A stretch of 16,103 nt of DNA from Planctomycetota bacterium (GTDB lineage Bacteria > Planctomycetota > UBA8108 > UBA1146), in contig JAYZBV010000058.1 of the NCBI GenBank assembly GCA_036338595.1, forward strand, positions 1 to 16,103, in the 5' to 3' direction. A program made the position numbers and the translations under genes. Under the pieces are notes generated by a model. The model saw only the letters and a list, made by a program, of their open reading frames with translations, was not told the DNA's origin and did no database searches. Shown piece by piece: positions 8,944 to 16,103 of this stretch. Each line of letters begins with the position of its first letter. Positions within the stretch are counted from its first letter, which is position 1.

Positions 8944-10070
8944 TGCCAGACGCGATACAGCCAGCCCTCGAGCTCGCCATCCATCTCGACCGTCTTGAGG
9001 TACTGGTGAGTTCCATCATAGATCACCAGTTCATGACCACGCCCGGCGAGATATAACTTGCCCCCATCCGGAGAGATCCCGGCGAGGCGCAGGCCGTTTC
9101 GGCTGGGGACGCGCGTCTCGAGTTGCTTCGAACCATCTTCGAGGCTGTAATTGACGAATGTGATGATGGGGTCGACTCCATTCTCCTGCCCCCCACCGCC
9201 GCCACGCCAACCTCTGCCTCCGGTTCCCACGGCTCGCTTTCCATCCCAGGTCACATATCCCGGACTCACCGGTGGCCCCCACTCCTGTCGATGCGCCACT
9301 TCCATCGTCGTCAGATCCAGTTCGAGCACACCGCCGATGCGACGGTGGGAGTGCACCGGGTCCGCCATCGTGTAGAAGAGACGATAGCGTTCCTTGTCCT
9401 GGCCGTGGAGCAGATCGGTGCGTCCACTGACCTGGAATCGACCCATGCCACTGTAAATCGGCGTCGACAGATCGATCTTGGCCACCTCCTTGTTGGTCTC
9501 GGGATCGATCACCTGAAAGTCTCGACCAAAGACATGCCAGAACTTCCCATCGGGACTGATCTGTGCACTCCGGCGCAGGACAGATGGCAGCTCATCCATC
9601 CGCTTGAGAACCTTCTTCTCGACGGTGTCGTACAGAAGCCACTGCGATTTCTCGATCTTGTAGTGATCTGGCTCCAACTTGACCCGGTCGATCTGCACGT
9701 ACCAGTTTTTTGAGGCGGGGATCTCCCGGACATTCTCGACCCGGATTAACCAACCGGTCTCGTTGAAATCATGCTCTTCGATGACGGAATTCCCGATCAG
9801 ATCGAGCACCTCCACCTTCGATTTCTTTCCGGTGATCAAGAAGGCGCGTGTTTCGTCATGTGAGTAGGTGGTGCCATGACAGACACCGTGTTTGGTCTGG
9901 ATCCTGGCCGCCTCTTCATCTTTCTCGATGTCGTACTTGATGAGGAAGTCGGGCCACATGCGGATCCAGAAGTAGGCCCGCTTTTCGGCGGGTTCCTTCA
10001 TCTCCGGTTCCTGTGCCGTGGAGACGGTGGAAAGCAGCATCAGGATCAATAGCATCGAAGCGCGTTTCAT
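8940..10070 (-). CDS. qhpB: QHNDH beta subunit-like beta-propeller protein
   Basis: 376 aa from ATG 10070 (SD GGAGG overlapping the qhpC stop). Sec signal MKRASMLLILMLLSTVSTA. Propeller repeats (ISPDGKFWHV, ISPDGGKLYLAG, ELVIYD...YLKTVEM). Sits directly after qhpC as in qhpADCB operons. Sequence is divergent, so the call leans on synteny. Confidence 0.78.
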   Translation of the reverse strand: MKRASMLLILMLLSTVSTAQEPEMKEPAEKRAYFWIRMWPDFLIKYDIEKDEEAARIQTKHGVCHGTTYSHDETRAFLITGKKSKVEVLDLIGNSVIEEHDFNETGWLIRVENVREIPASKNWYVQIDRVKLEPDHYKIEKSQWLLYDTVEKKVLKRMDELPSVLRRSAQISPDGKFWHVFGRDFQVIDPETNKEVAKIDLSTPIYSGMGRFQVSGRTDLLHGQDKERYRLFYTMADPVHSHRRIGGVLELDLTTMEVAHRQEWGPPVSPGYVTWDGKRAVGTGGRGWRGGGGGQENGVDPIITFVNYSLEDGSKQLETRVPSRNGLRLAGISPDGGKLYLAGRGHELVIYDGTHQYLKTVEMDGELEGWLYRVWQ

Positions 10071-10080
10071 CGCCAACCTC

Positions 10081-10398
10081 CTAGGGAAACACCAGGTCGA
10101 TGGAAGCCCAGTCCTGGACAGGAGCCCCACACGAGCGGGACCAGTCGGCAAAATTGGTCAGTGCATCGGGAACCTGGGCAGGCCAGTAGCAGGAGTGGTA
10201 GCAGTCGTAAAGGTCGCGTTCGATGGGAGTGCAGAGACCGTAGGTGCCCCCACCACTGTCGACCTCCCAACCCGGTGCCAGTTGGGTGCTGCAGCCGAAG
10301 GGGATGCGTTCGGCAAGAGGTCCTACTGAATCCTCTGCACCGGCAAACCTCTCTTCGATCAATCTCGCTTTCTGATTGATGGCGCGGATGTGCTTCAT
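10081..10398 (-). CDS. qhpC: QHNDH gamma subunit precursor (CTQ-bearing, thioether cross-linked peptide)
   Basis: 105 aa from ATG 10398 (SD GAGGTG, ATGA overlap with the qhpD stop). Leader MKHIRAINQKA, core GCSTQLAPGWEVD...GLCTPIERDLYDCYHSCYWPAQVPD...DW...VFP. Spacings C-x8-E, C-x5-D, C-x7-D and C-x5-W match the QhpC cross-link and CTQ pattern. Confidence 0.96.
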   Translation of the reverse strand: MKHIRAINQKARLIEERFAGAEDSVGPLAERIPFGCSTQLAPGWEVDSGGGTYGLCTPIERDLYDCYHSCYWPAQVPDALTNFADWSRSCGAPVQDWASIDLVFP

Positions 10399-11879
10399 CG
10401 AATCACCTCGTCCTTCTCGATGACCGGCACGGGAGGAACCGACCCTGATTCGTAATTTCGGAGGAACTCCGGATTGCCCAGGGAGATGGCCGCATAACTT
10501 CGCAACCCGAGATCGGTCCACGCACGGATCCAATCGCAGTAGTGCAAATTAGGCGCGGCGGGATCCTTGTAGCGGACATACGCCTCGTGGTAGCAGCCGC
10601 CACTACAATGGGGCCGCGCAAAACACTGATGACAGGGGACCTTCTTCGATATGTGAGTCGATTGCAGAAACTCGCCACGTTTCTCCTCATCGATTCCGTC
10701 CTCGATGTTGCCGAGACCATGTTCACCCGATTCAACGAAGCGATGACACAGCCCCAGTTCTCCCTCGGTGGAGACCCCCATCAAGCCCAATCCGGCTCCG
10801 CACGGGTGAGCCTTGTTGATGCCCTGATGGATCTCCTGGATCAGATCGTGCAGGTTCGAGAAACCATGTCTCTTTCCAGCGAGAGCCGCCTCGACATATT
10901 GCCCTGCGAGCGTCTCGAAGTCGGCCAGGATCTTGCCCATGTGCCCCTCACCAAGGGCGTACTCCCGATCCTCGGCACTGGTGACCGGGGCAAAACCGAC
11001 CGAATCAAAACCGATCTCGTCGATCAGGTGCTGGAAGGTCTCCTGTACCGAAGCCATACCTGCGGTGAGAGTCACCCTGGCGCCGACCGGTCGACCCTGT
11101 GGACGGTTCTTCTCGAGGAACTTGCGGACTCTCGGCACGATGATGTCGTAACTGCCGCGACCGCTTGAAAAGGTACGATGGCGATCCTGATCACCCTTGT
11201 TGCCATCGATGCTGATATTGACGCCAAATTTGTGCTCGACCAGAAAATCGATCACCTCGTCGGTCAACATCGTTGCGTTGGTGGTCAGAGAAAAAGCCAC
11301 GAACCGACCCAACTCACGTCCACGACGCACAGCATGTTCAGTCGCGTCACGGATGGTACCAAAGTTGAGTAGTGTTTCTCCCCCGAAGAAGGTGATGGAA
11401 ACACCGTTGCGGCCCTCTGAACTCTTCAGCAAGAAGTCGACCGATTTGCAGGCGGTCTCGGAAGTCATCATCGGCAATCGTGGCGTGCCATCGGGCTTTT
11501 TCTGGTTGGATACACGGTCTTCGCCATATTCGTAGCAGTAGGTGCAGGACAGATTGCACTTGTTGGTGACATTGAGCACCAGCGTCGCCAGTGGATACGG
11601 ACTCGGAGGTTTCTGCTCGGGAGGGGCAGCCGGAGCACCGACCGGCCTCAGCATCCCCATCGCCGCCAGCTCGTCAAAGGCCTCTCGCACCTGCGGCTGC
11701 CGCTCCTCATCCAGGGTCTCCAGCCAGGGTCCCGGTTCGGCCCCCTCGGCAGAGGAAAAGTTCTCGATGATCTCCGAGGTCACATCGTCGAGCTGGACCA
11801 CGGCAGCGGTCGGCGTGACATAGGCAAACGGCACGCCGTCACTTTCGAATCGATGGAAGAGTGTGGTATGAAATTTCAT
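10395..11879 (-). CDS. qhpD: Radical SAM/SPASM thioether-forming maturase
   Basis: 494 aa from ATG 11879 (ATGA overlap with the qhpA stop). N-terminal RRE-like region, CNLSCTYC, FFGGETLL, TTNATML, ISIDG, SPASM cysteines CGAG...CHRF...CHQCFARPHCSGGCYHE...HYC. Confidence 0.95.
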   Translation of the reverse strand: MKFHTTLFHRFESDGVPFAYVTPTAAVVQLDDVTSEIIENFSSAEGAEPGPWLETLDEERQPQVREAFDELAAMGMLRPVGAPAAPPEQKPPSPYPLATLVLNVTNKCNLSCTYCYEYGEDRVSNQKKPDGTPRLPMMTSETACKSVDFLLKSSEGRNGVSITFFGGETLLNFGTIRDATEHAVRRGRELGRFVAFSLTTNATMLTDEVIDFLVEHKFGVNISIDGNKGDQDRHRTFSSGRGSYDIIVPRVRKFLEKNRPQGRPVGARVTLTAGMASVQETFQHLIDEIGFDSVGFAPVTSAEDREYALGEGHMGKILADFETLAGQYVEAALAGKRHGFSNLHDLIQEIHQGINKAHPCGAGLGLMGVSTEGELGLCHRFVESGEHGLGNIEDGIDEEKRGEFLQSTHISKKVPCHQCFARPHCSGGCYHEAYVRYKDPAAPNLHYCDWIRAWTDLGLRSYAAISLGNPEFLRNYESGSVPPVPVIEKDEVIR

Positions 11880-14395
11880 CGCTGGTTCCATTTGTATTGA
11901 TCCCACTTGACATAGATGGGCACCGTGACCAGCAGGTGTCCACGAGCTCGGAACTGTTTTTCGATCATCTTCGGTGGGCCCTCATCGATGGCGACCTCCG
12001 GGGCCGCAACCTGTTGCGCTGATCCGTCAGCATCGGAATCTGCAGCGGAATCACCGTCCGAATCTCCTTCGCTGCCATTCTCCGATTCGTGTCCAGCCTC
12101 ATCGTCATCTTCTGCATCGTCATCATCTTCATCATCTTCGTCATCCGAGTCTTCGTCTTTCTTGACTTCCTTGCGTTCGGGAATCGTCAAGGTGCAGGTT
12201 GCAACGACATAGACGTCTCCGATGTTGTTGGCATTGAAGCGTCGGTCGGGGTTGGGGCCATCGATGGCAGGGGTAAAGACCCCGGTCTCTGCATCGAGTT
12301 CACCCACAAATTGAATGTCATCATCACCCGGTCGAATCGGAAACTCCTCGAGGTGCCATCGCACCGGTACCGTCATCAGATCGACATCGTCCTCGTTGAA
12401 TGGAATGCCGTCGGGTCCTCGGGTGAAGGCGACCGCCTCGAAGCGTTCCAGTTGCTTGGGCCGAATCTTGCCGCCGACCCTGGAAAATCCAGGGTTGGGG
12501 CGAATTCGAATGCCATCGATGGTGTCGTAGAGGGTGATCTGACGGGGGCCCTGATGGATCCGGAAATCGATCGCCCGTTGGCCCAGCGGAATCCCGGCGG
12601 CGACATCGACCTGGATGTTGACCCGGGTGTCATCCTCTCGCTGGACAGCAGTGACCGTGAGTCCATTGCCGAGGTGGAAATCACCGGGTTCGATCTGTTC
12701 GGGGAAGCCGCATCCGATGATCTCCAGCCGGTTGCCGGTCGATGGCACCGCCATCTCGCCGCCGAGTACTCCCAGGATGGTCGGGGTCTCACTGGCTCGT
12801 AACAGTTCGATCTCGATGCCGAGTTCGTTGTATTCGCCGGTGAAGAGTCGCCCTTCCATCCGGGTCCACGATTCATCGAGCAACAAGACTTCCTTGAGGG
12901 ATTCCAGTTCTCCGGGAGCGGTGCTGGTCGATCTGCCCCTCCAGGAGTGGCCCGCATAGAAGAGGCCCGTACCGTTTCGAACCACTGTTCGCCCGTTGGC
13001 TCGCAGCCAGGTCCACTTCGATTCGTATTCTCCGGTGGCGATCCGCTTCAGATCGAGAGTGCCACGTATCGGTCCGCGACCCACCTCGTGCCCCTTGACG
13101 ATCCAGCGCCCATCGAGCGGCACTTCTCTTTTTTCCTGATTCCAGTGGCGCCACTCTTCACTGAAGAGACCCTGTTCCTTGGCCAGAGTGGCAAGCACCT
13201 GATCGGCCCGATCCTGACCTCGCCCTCTCGATGAGGAAGATGAGCCTCCTTCTTCCGATGAAGACTCGCCTTCACCTCGTTCGCCGCCGGAACCCCCACC
13301 ACGGCTTCTTCGACCCTGAAACGACTGGAAATCGACCAGTGGATAGAGCGCCAGGTGAGTCGCCTTGAGCAGTTTCCATTCCTGGTCGTCGCGGCGTTCC
13401 GATTTCACACGACCGAGGGTGTGACAGTCGGCGCAGGTTTCGCGCAACGCATCTTCTTCATCTTCCTCGGACCAGTGGACCCTGCGCTCGCTCTCGTACA
13501 TGCCGATGCGTGCCTCCGATCGGGACAGACCATGCTCCTCGGAAAGGTATCGCACCGCCTCCTTCGCCTCTTGGGGGGTGAGGGAGACGAAGTAGAGCCT
13601 CGCCATCCGCTTGATCGAGATCTCCCACGCCTCGGGTGACTTTCTCATGTAGGAGATGCGAGTCATCTTGCCATCGTCATCTCTGGCGTGGCAGACCACG
13701 CAGCGCTCCTCGATCAGAGGGTGATGCACCGGAATTCCCTCGCGCGGCTTCTTCTTCCTGCTCGCGCCCGATCTCTCCGAGCGATCAGAACGCGATCCGC
13801 GTGCCTCTCCCTCGCTGCTCTGCTCATCTTCATCGTCATCTTCTTCATCATCACCTTCAGACCCGGCGTCTTCGGAGCCAACCTGCGATTCGGTGGCGAC
13901 TGCCGGATCACCTGCCTGCGCCTGGCCCCGTCCCCGTCTTCCCGGACGATTGCGACGCCGATCGCCGCGCTCGGATCCTTCCCGGCGAACTCGCCTGACC
14001 TCGGTCTGCTCGGCGTCATCCTGGTCCTCGGCGGCATCCTGGGTGGCAGCATCGGGCGGGGCGGGAGGCGTCTCGGCATCTTCAGGAGCATCCTGATCGG
14101 GAGTGTCGGCTTCCGATCCAGGATCCTGAGGAGATCCACTGGCAAGTTTTCGGTAGTAATCGGCGATGGCAGAGGGCATCGAGGCCACCCTCTCCTGACC
14201 GGAGGCGAGGTCAGGGTCCAACGCTGGCTCCGAAGCGGTCGGACCGTCATCGGGGATGATGCTCTGCGCTGGCGACGAGGCGACGGTCGACGCTGTTTCC
14301 TGGTACGCGATCCCGTAACCGACTGCCACGACCAGCAGCGTCCAGATCAGCAGATTCCAGATGGAAGACCTGGGGCCGTTCGATGCTGGCGGCAT
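11876..14395 (-). CDS. qhpA: QHNDH alpha subunit (diheme cytochrome c, beta-barrel and Ig-like domains), extended
   Basis: 839 aa, SD GGAG. Heme motifs CVVCH (13688-13702) and CADCH (13421-13435). RISYMRKSPEAWEISIKRM (Met ligand region), ATHLALYP (His ligand region), WRG, ERFEAVAF...GPDG, GVFTPAIDGPNPDR...NNIGD, HLLVTV. Confidence 0.93.
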   Translation of the reverse strand: MPPASNGPRSSIWNLLIWTLLVVAVGYGIAYQETASTVASSPAQSIIPDDGPTASEPALDPDLASGQERVASMPSAIADYYRKLASGSPQDPGSEADTPDQDAPEDAETPPAPPDAATQDAAEDQDDAEQTEVRRVRREGSERGDRRRNRPGRRGRGQAQAGDPAVATESQVGSEDAGSEGDDEEDDDEDEQSSEGEARGSRSDRSERSGASRKKKPREGIPVHHPLIEERCVVCHARDDDGKMTRISYMRKSPEAWEISIKRMARLYFVSLTPQEAKEAVRYLSEEHGLSRSEARIGMYESERRVHWSEEDEEDALRETCADCHTLGRVKSERRDDQEWKLLKATHLALYPLVDFQSFQGRRSRGGGSGGERGEGESSSEEGGSSSSSRGRGQDRADQVLATLAKEQGLFSEEWRHWNQEKREVPLDGRWIVKGHEVGRGPIRGTLDLKRIATGEYESKWTWLRANGRTVVRNGTGLFYAGHSWRGRSTSTAPGELESLKEVLLLDESWTRMEGRLFTGEYNELGIEIELLRASETPTILGVLGGEMAVPSTGNRLEIIGCGFPEQIEPGDFHLGNGLTVTAVQREDDTRVNIQVDVAAGIPLGQRAIDFRIHQGPRQITLYDTIDGIRIRPNPGFSRVGGKIRPKQLERFEAVAFTRGPDGIPFNEDDVDLMTVPVRWHLEEFPIRPGDDDIQFVGELDAETGVFTPAIDGPNPDRRFNANNIGDVYVVATCTLTIPERKEVKKDEDSDDEDDEDDDDAEDDDEAGHESENGSEGDSDGDSAADSDADGSAQQVAAPEVAIDEGPPKMIEKQFRARGHLLVTVPIYVKWDQYKWNQR
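12098..12160 (-). repeat. Imperfect trinucleotide low-complexity tract encoding poly-Asp/Glu within qhpA
   Basis: TCA/TCG/TCT triplets on the + strand encode DEDSDDEDDEDDDDAEDDDE. A similar tract lies near 13826-13855. Confidence 0.7.
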
Positions 14396-14643
14396 CTGCT
14401 CACTCCGATCCAGTTGACGGGTTCTTCATCCTGCTACCCCGGGATCTGAACCCGACATCAGGGCACCTGCAATACGGGTAAGACGGCAATCATGGGTCCA
14501 TGACTGGCCGGGACACCCTCCTCGAAACTGCCCCTTGAGTATCCCAGATCGATGCTCCGGGCAACCCCCGAGAATTGGAGTCCCCCCTCGCATTCGATGC
14601 TACGGAGGCTTCTCATGAGGGTTGGCCAGATGGGAGCAAATCG

Positions 14644-16103
14644 ATGACGAGCGGTGACCCGGCGATGACCCAGAGATCCACGCCGAACAGCTACCGCCTG
14701 ATCGGTTTCCTGGGCCCGTATGTCGGCAAACTGGCCCTGGTGCTGGGGGTGCTGGTCCTCACCACACTGCTCGGATTGTTGCAGCCCTTCTTCATCCAGC
14801 AGTTGATCGACGAGGTGCTCAACAAGGGGCGAGAAGACCTGATCTGGATCTTTCCGATCGCGATCGTCGGCATCGCCGGCCTGCGTTTTTCCCTGGGCGT
14901 CGTTCATGCCGTGATGTATGCCGCCGTCACGGCACGTGTGCTGCTCGACATGAGGGTCGATTTCGTCGAGCACCTGCAGCGGATGTCGCCTCGTTTCTTC
15001 AGCGGGACTCGCTTCGGAGATGTCATCATCCGGCTCAATCGTGATCTGACCCAGTTGCAGGAACTCTCGACGGGAGCGCTGCTCGGATTCATCAGCCATT
15101 CCCTGACCCTGGTCGGAGTCGTGATCGCTGCCCTCCTCTACCAGCCGACCCTCTTTCTCATCTGTGCCATCCCGTTTCCCGTGGCACTGGCGATCGGATA
15201 CGCATACCGCGGACCGATCCGTCGCCTGACCGAGAGCCTGCGCCAGCTGGCAGCGGATCTCGCTTCCCAGGTGATGGAGACGCTGTCGGGGATTCGCACC
15301 GTCAAGACGCACGGACGCGAGCGCGGCGAGCTGGCTCGCTTTCTCCACATCGGCCATCAGATGGTGCGCAAGATGCTCTCCTTTCAACGCACACGAGCGT
15401 TCGCTTCGGGGCTTCCGCGCCTGTGCCTGGTCGGCTCCAGCGCCATCCTCTACGGCTACGGTGGACTGCTGGTGGTGCGAGGAGAGATGCCGCTCGGAGT
15501 GCTGGTGGCGCTCGGTCTGTACCTGGGGATGGCGTTCGCTCCCCTCCACGCACTGGTCGAACTGTACCTGCAACTGGTCCAGGGCAAGGTGGCACTGGAC
15601 CGTGTGCGTGAGATTCGCGAGCAATTGCCCGAGGTGATCGACGACGAGGGCGCGAAGCGTTGCGATTCCATCTCCGGAGAGGTCGAGTTCGAATCGGTCC
15701 TCTTCAGTTACCAGCCCGATCGACCGCTACTGCAACCACTCAGTTTTCGACTGGAACCCGCAGAGACGGTCGCCCTGGTCGGTGCCAGTGGCTCGGGAAA
15801 ATCGACCATCGTCGACCTGCTGCTCCGTTTTCTCGATCCACAGCAGGGGCGAATCCGCATCGACGGCACCGATCTCCGAGGGCTGGAGTCCGCCAGTTAC
15901 CGCCGACATCTGGCGCTGGTCCCGACCGAGACCTTTCTCTTTCACGGCTCCATCCGCGACAACATCCTCTTCGGCAGACCCTCTGCCACCGATGAAGAAG
16001 TGCGCCAGGCGGCGATCAAGGTGGGCCTACCGGCAGCGCTGGGACCCGCCTCCGAGGGGCTCGAGACGATCGTCGGGGAACGGGGCGAACAGCTCTCCGC
16101 CGG
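14644..16103 (+). CDS. qhpF: ABC exporter, fused TMD-NBD half transporter, probable QhpF; 3' truncated by the window edge
   Basis: Not in the ORF track because it has no stop in the window. ATG 14644 after GGGAG (alternative start 14665). Multiple hydrophobic helices, METLSGIRTVK, Walker A GASGSGKST (15781-15807), FLFHGSIRDNI, ends at IVGERGEQLSA. The gene symbol is from context. Confidence 0.8.
   Translation, partial: MTSGDPAMTQRSTPNSYRLIGFLGPYVGKLALVLGVLVLTTLLGLLQPFFIQQLIDEVLNKGREDLIWIFPIAIVGIAGLRFSLGVVHAVMYAAVTARVLLDMRVDFVEHLQRMSPRFFSGTRFGDVIIRLNRDLTQLQELSTGALLGFISHSLTLVGVVIAALLYQPTLFLICAIPFPVALAIGYAYRGPIRRLTESLRQLAADLASQVMETLSGIRTVKTHGRERGELARFLHIGHQMVRKMLSFQRTRAFASGLPRLCLVGSSAILYGYGGLLVVRGEMPLGVLVALGLYLGMAFAPLHALVELYLQLVQGKVALDRVREIREQLPEVIDDEGAKRCDSISGEVEFESVLFSYQPDRPLLQPLSFRLEPAETVALVGASGSGKSTIVDLLLRFLDPQQGRIRIDGTDLRGLESASYRRHLALVPTETFLFHGSIRDNILFGRPSATDEEVRQAAIKVGLPAALGPASEGLETIVGERGEQLSA

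Noticed and set aside
10071..10533. Longer starts given for qhpB (10151) and qhpC (10533); likewise qhpD at 11906
   Set aside because: They overlap upstream genes. The true starts are supported by SD sequences, ATGA coupling and recognisable leader or signal sequences.
10081..11879. Interpretation as a novel antimicrobial ranthipeptide/sactipeptide cluster (radical SAM, peptide, protease, ABC exporter)
   Set aside because: The peptide is clearly QhpC and is flanked by alpha and beta enzyme subunits, so the product is an enzyme subunit.
14622..14639. GG-N10-GC sigma54-like spacing (TTGGCCAGATGGGAGCA) upstream of the ABC gene
   Set aside because: Poor match to TGGCAC/TTGC and it overlaps the ribosome-binding site, so it is too close to the start codon.
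14458..15624. 388-aa minus-strand ORF
   Set aside because: Antisense shadow of the ABC exporter, with no recognisable motifs.
1..16103. CRISPR arrays, tRNA/rRNA genes, IS elements, clear intrinsic terminators
   Set aside because: None recognised by eye. The window is almost entirely coding and the repeats seen are low-complexity coding tracts.

Overview
GC-rich bacterial window, possibly from a Planctomycetota-like organism (inferred only from the style of a C-terminal dockerin-like domain). Left half: a partial SGNH/sialate O-acetylesterase-type gene, two divergently transcribed secreted dipeptidyl peptidases (S15 PepX-like lipoprotein and S9B DPP IV-like), and a secreted arylsulfotransferase-family protein with two dockerin-like EF-hand modules. 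Right half (6935-16103): an apparently complete but rearranged quinohemoprotein amine dehydrogenase (QHNDH, qhp) locus. It comprises a tightly coupled minus-strand operon qhpA-qhpD-qhpC-qhpB-qhpE, a convergent qhpG-like flavoprotein gene and a divergent qhpF-like ABC exporter truncated by the window edge. The system class is known. This copy is non-canonical: QhpC keeps all CTQ and thioether residues but has an extra Cys-x5-Asp (possible fourth cross-link) and changed active-site residues, and QhpA carries about 300 aa of low-complexity insertions. Comparisons to reference proteins are from memory and need a real alignment.
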